DNA of 64,000 nt from Firmicutes bacterium UBA5493 (GTDB lineage Bacteria > Bacillota > Limnochordia > Darwinibacteriales > Darwinibacteriaceae): the NCBI GenBank assembly GCA_002424045.1, contig DIPH01000001.1, positions 13,484-77,483 on the forward strand. The letters run 5' to 3'. Positions 57,463-64,000 of this stretch are shown here, piece by piece. The position numbers and the translations under genes were made by a program. Below the pieces are notes generated by a model. It was given only the letters and a program-made list of their open reading frames with translations, did not search any database and was not told the origin of the DNA. The number at the start of each line of letters is the position of its first letter. Positions within the stretch are counted from its first letter, which is position 1.

Positions 57463-57594
57463 TCAGAATTTCGGATTTATCTGGTTAATTATTGGCTTTC
57501 GTATCTTGCTCGGCTCCACATTTGTCGTATACCAGCCATGTTTGTGATCGCAGCCTGCCAATTGACACAATCCGTTTAACTTATGTTGCTTCAT
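57463..57594 (-). CDS. Possible small ORF (43 aa) or gene remnant
   Basis: AAGGAG RBS before MKQHKLNGLCQLAGCDHKHG...; no recognisable motif. Confidence 0.25.
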   Translation of the reverse strand: MKQHKLNGLCQLAGCDHKHGWYTTNVEPSKIRKPIINQINPKF

Positions 57595-57625
57595 CTCGTG
57601 CTCCTTCTTCATTTGAGGATCATGG

Positions 57626-57790
57626 CTAAGAACTACGTTTCGCAATATAGGTGCCCGCAAAAGAAAGCAGATAGATGGCGGCAAAATAACCTGTCTGCAG
57701 GTGATCTTTTGCCAAGAACCAGATAAAAAACGTGATAAGAAAAGCTATTCGTGCGGCAGAGAAAAGCTCTTGGAAACGAAATGGATTCAT
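57626..57790 (-). CDS. Small two-TM membrane protein (54 aa)
   Basis: AAAGGTGG RBS; MNPFRFQELF..IAFLITFFIWFLA...YFAAIYLLSFAG; follows the ABC permeases. Confidence 0.55.
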   Translation of the reverse strand: MNPFRFQELFSAARIAFLITFFIWFLAKDHLQTGYFAAIYLLSFAGTYIAKRSS

Positions 57791-57833
57791 GCATAAACCA
57801 CCTTTATCATCCACACCAGAGGTCTCATAACTT

Positions 57834-58490
57834 TTAGAATTCCCTCCTCCCATACAGCCGAAGGGATACCACAAACGAAATCCCCACCCATAGTGCGACG
57901 AAAACTCCAAAGATAGCTAAGCCAGCTATGTCGCTTGTAACCTCGGGCAAACGCTTCACCAATGGGTCGAGCCAGGCGGGTTTTTCTGGAATTAGGGCTG
58001 GCAACATCGATCCCAGGATCATGATGCCGAAAAAGAGAATGAAGTGCCAGTAGCGGGATTTTGTATAGCCCACAGCAAAAAAGACAGGAAAATACAAGCT
58101 AGCTGCTACAAAGACTGCCCCTACGCCAAGAACTATGCCAACAGGATCCAGAGGCATGGCGGCTATGGGACCACCGAGCAAGGACAGAACTGTACTGACA
58201 ATCCAATAGACAATAATGACGATGAGCGCATACAGAGGAATCGATAGATATTTCGCACCCACAATCTTCCGTTTGGAGACAGGAAGGCTATTCCATAACA
58301 CATCGGAACTGTTCTTCTCCTCCCAGGCCGCCCCCAGCATGACAAACATATAACCAACTGCACTAATAATCGCGATAAGCTGACCTGCACCCATACCCTG
58401 AAATGCAAAGGTGAACACCAGAACATACAGGACAGCCGCTCCTAGCATCTTCTTCTGAAGCAATAGGTCTTTGACAATTAAATATCCCAC
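57834..58490 (-). CDS. ABC-2 transporter permease
   Basis: LIVKDL, WEEK...LWNSLPVSKRKIVGAKYL, C-terminal YGRREF. Confidence 0.88.
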   Translation of the reverse strand: MGYLIVKDLLLQKKMLGAAVLYVLVFTFAFQGMGAGQLIAIISAVGYMFVMLGAAWEEKNSSDVLWNSLPVSKRKIVGAKYLSIPLYALIVIIVYWIVSTVLSLLGGPIAAMPLDPVGIVLGVGAVFVAASLYFPVFFAVGYTKSRYWHFILFFGIMILGSMLPALIPEKPAWLDPLVKRLPEVTSDIAGLAIFGVFVALWVGISFVVSLRLYGRREF

Positions 58491-58505
58491 AGCATTTTCC
58501 CCTTT

Positions 58506-59111
58506 CTAAAACTCCCGTCGCTGATAGAAATAAAGCGAAATCCCAAACGAGACAGCGACAAAGATGCCCACAATACCCACTGACAGTATCATCATCAAAG
58601 CAGTAAAGTGCATCTCCCTAAATTGACTCAAGGACGGCATCAAGTAGAGACAACCGACATACAAGATAATACCTGTATAACGCGATTTAACATAACCCAG
58701 AGCATAGTACAGCGGCCAATATACACCGCTTACCAATGCAACGATCAGTACGCCAGAGAGTATGCTCGGAAAATTTACAGCCAATGCAGTTTCTGAAGAA
58801 CTAATCAACTTGCCGACAGCACTAGAGAGAAGAGCGAGCGCTAGGGCCCCTGCCAGATAAACGAAAATAGACAGATACTTTGCGCCCACGATTTTCCACG
58901 TCGGGATAGGAACGCTATTCCAGAGCACATCGGACTTGCTCTCCCAGGCTGTGCTAAATATAATCAGAATAAAACCAACTATACTCATGGCTAGAACAAT
59001 CTGCCCATCAGTCATGCCTTGAAACAGGAAACCCAATACAATCACATAGACACAGACTAAAACCAAGATGCGTTTCTGTAGCATAAAGTCCTTGAGGAGT
59101 AAATGCCTCAT
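58506..59111 (-). CDS. ABC-2 transporter permease (paralog)
   Basis: LLLKDF, LWNSVPIPTWKIVGAKYL, C-terminal YQRREF. Confidence 0.88.
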   Translation of the reverse strand: MRHLLLKDFMLQKRILVLVCVYVIVLGFLFQGMTDGQIVLAMSIVGFILIIFSTAWESKSDVLWNSVPIPTWKIVGAKYLSIFVYLAGALALALLSSAVGKLISSSETALAVNFPSILSGVLIVALVSGVYWPLYYALGYVKSRYTGIILYVGCLYLMPSLSQFREMHFTALMMILSVGIVGIFVAVSFGISLYFYQRREF

Positions 59112-59974
59112 ACTACCTTTTCCCTTGTACAGTAAAGCATAATATCCTCTAGAGTTGGCCTTTCTAGAACCGCCTTGCCACCCGTCAAGCGCTCCACAGA
59201 TTCCCTTTCTTTCACTAGACCTTCGAATCCGAATTGATTCTCCCGCACACCGACTAGATAGGGACGCAAGTTGGCATCCAAGGCTGACCGCTCACCTTTA
59301 ATTAGGGTGTAGGTTTCAAAGAGCTCCTCTTTCGATGTGCTAAATACGATATTCCCCTGATGAATAAGGGTCACGTAATCAGCAATCCTGTCTAAATCCG
59401 AGGTAATATGGGACGAGAAAAGGATGGAGCATCGTTCGTCTTGAATCACTTCACTCAAAATATCCAAGAGCTCACTGCGAACAATGGGGTCAAGCCCCGA
59501 GGTGGGCTCATCCATAATCAGAAGCTCCGCTTTATGGGCCAGGGCTACGGCTAAAGCATACTTCATCTTCATTCCCCGGGAGAAGGTTTTAATCTTCTTG
59601 TCAGCGGGTAAAGCAAAGCGATGCACATAGTGGTTATAGGTATCCCAATCCCAATTTTTATAGAAGGGGGCTACAACCTTGGTCATCTGTATGATGGTTA
59701 ATTCCTCGTAGAAGTGATTATCGTCGTAGACAAAACCAATCCTCTGTTTGACCTCCTGCTCATGTCTTCTAGAATCCAGGCCGAAGACTTTGATTTCTCC
59801 CATGTCAAGATGAAGGAGATTCATAATGAGCTTAATTGTCGTTGTCTTGCCAGAACCATTGGCCCCAATAAATCCCATAATGTACCCAGGCTCCAAAGTA
59901 AAACTGATGCCGTTAAGCTTAAATCCGGTAAAATTCTTCACCACATCGCGCAATTCCAAAATCGGTCCCATCAT
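59108..59974 (-). CDS. ABC transporter ATP-binding protein
   Basis: GANGSGKTT, FSRGMKMK, IMDEPTSGLDP, SSH. Confidence 0.94.
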   Translation of the reverse strand: MMGPILELRDVVKNFTGFKLNGISFTLEPGYIMGFIGANGSGKTTTIKLIMNLLHLDMGEIKVFGLDSRRHEQEVKQRIGFVYDDNHFYEELTIIQMTKVVAPFYKNWDWDTYNHYVHRFALPADKKIKTFSRGMKMKYALAVALAHKAELLIMDEPTSGLDPIVRSELLDILSEVIQDERCSILFSSHITSDLDRIADYVTLIHQGNIVFSTSKEELFETYTLIKGERSALDANLRPYLVGVRENQFGFEGLVKERESVERLTGGKAVLERPTLEDIMLYCTREKVV

Positions 59975-60345
59975 TCACCCTCCAATACAGACGTAAATAT
60001 CTTGTTCAGTTCAGACTTGGTTAGGCCCATCGTCTTTGCAGCCTCAATGGCCTCTTTGAGCTTATCTTCCACAAGACGCTTTTTGGACTCGTCTAGCCTG
60101 TGCTCGTCATGCCTAGCCACAAAAGACCCCTTACCCGGCATCGTGTAAATCAGACCATCCTTCTCCAATTCCTCATAGGCCCGCTTGGTAGTAATCACAC
60201 TAATCTTTAGTTCCTTTGCCAAGACCCGAATCGATGGAAGGGGCTGATCTGCACCCAGTTCACCCCGCAAAATGGCTGCCTTGATCTGGTCAACAATCTG
60301 CTGATAGATGGGCAGCTCACCGCTATTAGTTATGATGATATCAAT
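59971..60345 (-). CDS. GntR (YtrA subfamily) transcriptional regulator; probable ATT start
   Basis: PIYQQI, LPSIRVLAKEL, TTKRAYEELE, GKGSFV; heads an ABC operon. Confidence 0.92.
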   Translation of the reverse strand: MDIIITNSGELPIYQQIVDQIKAAILRGELGADQPLPSIRVLAKELKISVITTKRAYEELEKDGLIYTMPGKGSFVARHDEHRLDESKKRLVEDKLKEAIEAAKTMGLTKSELNKIFTSVLEGE

Positions 60346-60361
60346 GCAAACCACCTCCCAT

Positions 60362-60403
60362 ACTGTTCATATACACTATACACAGTGCCAGAGAAAAAGT
60401 CAA
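60362..60403 (-). promoter_or_regulatory. Promoter of the GntR-ABC operon with overlapping YtrA-type operator
   Basis: TTGACT-17-TATAGT; imperfect palindrome ACTGTgTATAgtgTATAtgaACAGT over -10/+1. Confidence 0.7.
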
Positions 60404-60513
60404 CAAAAAACTCCTAAGAAAAAACTTGAGACAAGCTTTCTTAGGAGCCAAAGCCTATTATAGGTGTAAATATGGGGACATTACCACAGACTAAAAACAA
60501 AAGGAGAATCGAT

Positions 60514-60747
60514 ATGCCAAAACAATACCTCAAGTACGGAGGCGTACGTTTTATAAATAACGCTACGCCAGAAGAAATCAACGCTTTTGTAGATGGACTA
60601 TCTGAAACCCAGCGCCGCTCCCTCTTTAACGTGGTTACCCTTTTGGAAGAAGAGGGTTTCATCAGCCTAATTGAAGGCGATACGACCACAATCGACAAAA
60701 ATATGGAAGAATTCTTGGTGCCCAACAGCGGCCCCGAGCTTAAGTAG
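60514..60747 (+). CDS. Small acidic hypothetical protein (77 aa)
   Basis: AAAAGGAG RBS; MPKQYLKYGGVRFINNATPEEI... Confidence 0.7.
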   Translation: MPKQYLKYGGVRFINNATPEEINAFVDGLSETQRRSLFNVVTLLEEEGFISLIEGDTTTIDKNMEEFLVPNSGPELK

Positions 60748-62188
60748 CGTCACTTTGGGGAAGGACCACAGAAATCCGGCTGCCAAAATCTTCCCGGCTA
60801 AAAACTTCTAAATGGCCCCCATGGCGTTCTGCGATCCATTTGGCGATGGACAAGCCTAGACCCGTTCCCCCTGTGGCCCTGGCCCTTGATTCATCAGCCC
60901 GATAAAAGCGATCAAAAATATGGGGAATATCACCTGGAGGAATACCAATTCCCGAATCCTGCACAGTAAACCAGACCTTACCTTCAGCACTCGTCACCAC
61001 AATACGAATGGTACCGCCTACAGGAGTGTACTTGATGGCGTTATCTACTAAAATGCGTCCAGCCTGCTTCACCAGCCCCTGGTCAGCTAGGACAAAAGCT
61101 TCACTGGCTTGTACTTCAAATTTATGACCCCCGTTGATCATCTCCGTCTCACGGAAAATTGTCTGGGCAAGGGTCCCAAGATCAAAACGTTCCAAATCTA
61201 AGTGCATGGTGTTGTTATCACCCCGGGCCAAGAAGAGCAGCTGCTCCACTAGGTCCTTCATATTTGCCGCCTCTTCTTTGAGGGCATCGATGGACTCTTG
61301 CAGAGCCTCGGGATCGTTTTTTCCCCAGCGATCCAGAAGGTTGGCATAGCCTTGGATGGCAGCGATGGGCGTTCTGAGTTCATGGGATGCATCCGAGACA
61401 AAGCGGGCCTGCAGGCGGTAGGAGTCGTTAATCCGTTCTAAGAGACTATTGATGGCGATGGCCAAGTTTTTCAGTTCATCCTGGGTGCTATCGAGATCAA
61501 TGCGGGTATCTAGTCGGGCCGCGTTGATTTCATCGAGGGTCCCGGCCAGAGCCTGCATTTCTCTGACGGATAGGGGTCCTTTTTCTTTAGAAAGGGTTTG
61601 GGCTTGCTGGGCTAAGTCAGAAATGGGTCTTAGAACATCCCGAATCAAATCAGCCCTCGTAATCATCGTTCTAAAGAGGTGCAAGAGCTGCACTACTAAA
61701 AGCACCAAGAAAAGCGTTTTTAGGACCCAGATTGTGGAGGAAAAGTGTACAATAACTGTAGTCGGGGTATCGTCAATATCCAACTCCAGTTGGTACTGGA
61801 GATGATCAAAAAGATAGTATAAGGACACATCGTCTTCTCGGGGAAGGTTCACCATCCTTAATGCCGTCTGGGTTTTTAGGGGAAGGACCTCCTGAATCCT
61901 CTCAGGCAAAGCAATCCCCCTTGTGGGCAGAGTGGTTGGGGCAATTTCCAGTCCTTGCTCAAGTAGCCACCTGTTTTCCCCCTCTGTGGGCAGGCCATAA
62001 AGCTCTACATGCTGCACCGCTTGGAGGGCCTTACGTTCCCCCACCACAAGTAAAAGGACACCACTGGCCATTACAAACATCATATTCAACATTAAGAAAA
62101 GCCCGAGGGAGCGAGCCCAGAGCTGAACATTTAGCTTAGAGACTATGGAAAAGCCAATGGTGTGAACTTTTTCTGGTCTTTTACTCAT
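60740..62188 (-). CDS. Sensor histidine kinase (HAMP, HisKA, HATPase)
   Basis: Two TM segments; DASHELRTP, DNAIKY, DSGIGI, GTGLGLSIA. Confidence 0.95.
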   Translation of the reverse strand: MSKRPEKVHTIGFSIVSKLNVQLWARSLGLFLMLNMMFVMASGVLLLVVGERKALQAVQHVELYGLPTEGENRWLLEQGLEIAPTTLPTRGIALPERIQEVLPLKTQTALRMVNLPREDDVSLYYLFDHLQYQLELDIDDTPTTVIVHFSSTIWVLKTLFLVLLVVQLLHLFRTMITRADLIRDVLRPISDLAQQAQTLSKEKGPLSVREMQALAGTLDEINAARLDTRIDLDSTQDELKNLAIAINSLLERINDSYRLQARFVSDASHELRTPIAAIQGYANLLDRWGKNDPEALQESIDALKEEAANMKDLVEQLLFLARGDNNTMHLDLERFDLGTLAQTIFRETEMINGGHKFEVQASEAFVLADQGLVKQAGRILVDNAIKYTPVGGTIRIVVTSAEGKVWFTVQDSGIGIPPGDIPHIFDRFYRADESRARATGGTGLGLSIAKWIAERHGGHLEVFSREDFGSRISVVLPQSDAT

Positions 62189-62861
62189 CCCGGATCACAT
62201 ACCCCACGCCTCGAATGGTAGAAATCACTTTGATATCGAATACCTCGTCAATTTTCCCGCGCAAGAAGCGCACATAGACGTCTACAGCATTGGTTTCACC
62301 TTCAAAGTCGAAACCCCACACTTTTTCTAAAATGGTCTCCCGAGACAAAACAATCCCTTTGTTCTCTAAAAGAAATTGGAGCAAATCGAACTCCCTTTTG
62401 GTCAAATCAACAGGTGTTCCCTGCACTGTCACTTGACGACTGGCAGAATCGAGCTCTAAGGGGCCTGCTGTTAGTATTTCGCCATCGGGCCTGGCCGCTG
62501 GCGCTTTGCGTAAGACCGTACGAATACGGGCCAGAAGTTCTTCAATGGCAAAGGGCTTAGTAATGTAGTCATCGGCACCACTATCTAAACCTGAGACTTT
62601 ATCCATGACGCTATCCCGTGCGGTGAGCATAATAACAGGTACAGAGGAGCTGCGCCTAAGGCGACGCAGCACCTCCATGCCACTGAGTCCCGGAAGCATA
62701 ACATCCAGGAGCACTAAGTCGTAGTCTCCAGATTCAGCCATTTCTAGACCTGTCCGTCCGTGGTGAGCCTTGCTAACCTCATAACCTTCGTAAGTGAGTT
62801 CCATCTCTACAAAACGGGCGAACTTCTCTTCATCCTCAATGATTAGAATCCTGGTTTTCAT
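62181..62861 (-). CDS. OmpR-family response regulator (ArlR-like)
   Basis: IIEDE, LLDVMLP, GADDYITKPF, VDVYVRFLR, TIRGVGY. Confidence 0.95.
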   Translation of the reverse strand: MKTRILIIEDEEKFARFVEMELTYEGYEVSKAHHGRTGLEMAESGDYDLVLLDVMLPGLSGMEVLRRLRRSSSVPVIMLTARDSVMDKVSGLDSGADDYITKPFAIEELLARIRTVLRKAPAARPDGEILTAGPLELDSASRQVTVQGTPVDLTKREFDLLQFLLENKGIVLSRETILEKVWGFDFEGETNAVDVYVRFLRGKIDEVFDIKVISTIRGVGYVIRDE

Positions 62862-62938
62862 GAAGCGCGCTCCTTTTCCGTTAAATCCTAGTTATGTGGA
62901 CGTTTCCCGAATGGATGTTTCGAGAAGCGAAACTCCTA

Positions 62939-62960
62939 GATGCTTGCTTTAGCAAGCATC
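62939..62960. terminator. Palindromic hairpin at the end of the DUF4342 gene
   Basis: GATGCTTGCT-tt-AGCAAGCATC; no U-tract. Confidence 0.4.
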
Positions 62961-63438
62961 AGTTGTCGTTGCTCACAAACTGGTAGTGGAATCCAAAGAA
63001 CAAACCAATGATGATCAGTGGCAACGTAACCCAGGGCGCAAAGAGCAGCAACAATGCCAATACCGTCACCGGGAAGCTGGCCATGTGCTCTTTTTCTTTG
63101 AGAACTTCAAAGCTGGTTTCATTACCTTTCTTAATCAGGCCGGTAAGAAACTTCCAGATCTTGTCCAAAGTCTCTTTGAAATTGTTATTCGTCTCTTCGT
63201 TAGTGGTTCTACGTCCCCGAGATTGGTCGCCTTTCTCTTCATTAACCGGCTCGGATACACTTTGCTGTTCACTGCGATAGTAACCATCACCCTTTGGCGG
63301 AGCTACTTTGCCCTGTCTCTCCAGGAGGATTAGAGCATCCAGAAGATCCCCATCGGCCTCTTCGTACGCGGCCCTCGCCTCGTCATAACTAACCTGTGCC
63401 CGTTCCCGTAGTTTCTCAATCTGTTCAAGTTTATCCAT
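62959..63438 (-). CDS. UBA-like (EF-Ts N-terminal-like) / DUF4342 membrane protein
   Basis: LEQIEKLRERAQVSYDEARAA...GDLLDALILLE; LIKKGN...C-terminal hydrophobic segment. Confidence 0.75.
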   Translation of the reverse strand: MDKLEQIEKLRERAQVSYDEARAAYEEADGDLLDALILLERQGKVAPPKGDGYYRSEQQSVSEPVNEEKGDQSRGRRTTNEETNNNFKETLDKIWKFLTGLIKKGNETSFEVLKEKEHMASFPVTVLALLLLFAPWVTLPLIIIGLFFGFHYQFVSNDN

Positions 63439-63544
63439 GCTGATACTCCTTTCAGAAGCTGTGATACCTTGATTGTACAGGGGCGGGCTTTAAACCCAAT
63501 TTGTGTAACATTAAAAACAGATTAAAAGAAAATTGAAATTCCTC

Positions 63545-64000
63545 CTAGAACGGAAAATCATAATCCAAGTGAAGCTCTTCCATCAAGACGCGGATATCCT
63601 TTTGCAGACTCTCGCTAATGGGGACACCATGCTCTCGCCTTTCAAGAGAAGCGAGATATTCCTTTTCCCCCGCGGTATAAATACGCTCATGGCCAGGGGC
63701 CTTCTTCGAAGCCCGCAAAGCCCGTAGAATCTCACCAGTTGTCTTCTTGAATTCATCCAAACTGATAAAGGGTTCAATATCAATGGCAATAAAGAAGTGT
63801 CCTAGTGCATGGGGAACCTTCTTCCCATCTCGTTGACCTGAAAGGGCATGTAAAAACGCTCCGCCTTGGAGAGCCGCTGAAAGGATTTCTACAACGGTGG
63901 TGAAGCCATAACCCTTATGGCCCCCGGTGATCTCAGAAATTCCACCAAGAGGAGTTAAGGCAGCGTCGCCACTGGTTAGGTCTTTTAAAATAGCATGGGT
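63545..64000 (-). CDS. Ldh2/Mdh2-family oxidoreductase, C-terminal part
   Basis: Manual translation: LTPLGG..GGHKGYG...EILSAAL...LGHFFIAID...RIYTAGEKE; open to the window end. Confidence 0.88.
   Translation of the reverse strand, partial: THAILKDLTSGDAALTPLGGISEITGGHKGYGFTTVVEILSAALQGGAFLHALSGQRDGKKVPHALGHFFIAIDIEPFISLDEFKKTTGEILRALRASKKAPGHERIYTAGEKEYLASLERREHGVPISESLQKDIRVLMEELHLDYDFPF

Noticed and set aside
60405-60426. AAAAAACT repeated with a 14-bp period
   Set aside because: Only 8 low-complexity bases match; likely chance.

Overview
A 64 kb chromosomal window from an anaerobic, probably spore-forming member of the Bacillota (about 50% GC by eye; a Limnochordia-like or other deep-branching lineage is a low-confidence guess). 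Most genes lie on the minus strand. In order: a lysine fermentation cluster (kdd-kamB-kamC-kamD-kamE-kal-kce-CoA transferase, with no kamA); ispDF, yacL, carD, disA, radA and the ctsR-mcsA-mcsB-clpC operon; spmAB; selA-selB convergent on tRNA-Sec; birA, htrA, ftsH, tilS, a shortened spoIIE and tRNA-Met; a K+-dependent membrane pyrophosphatase; a YibE/F protein; an rseC-ABC-fliK-like-flhB-like cluster and tRNA-Asp; sdaAB/sdaAA; a protein with three FMN-binding domains; a PfkB kinase, an M23 lipoprotein and murB; a metal-homeostasis locus (GDT1, cutC, His-rich exporter); a ROK protein, alkA and an old yellow enzyme; a pyrBCKDFE operon with a PyrR attenuator; a YtrA-type GntR/ABC cassette; a two-component system; and a partial Ldh2-family dehydrogenase. 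I saw no integrase, transposase, CRISPR array or phage gene, and no large novel gene system is evident. The best leads are small-scale: a probable ATT start codon in the GntR gene, an RBS-occluding hairpin before selA, a pyrophosphatase with altered ion-coupling signature residues, two exact 14-bp tandem duplications at promoters, structured intergenic RNA candidates, and orphan small ORFs behind sporulation-sigma-like promoters. All family calls come from motif recognition by eye; no database search was run.
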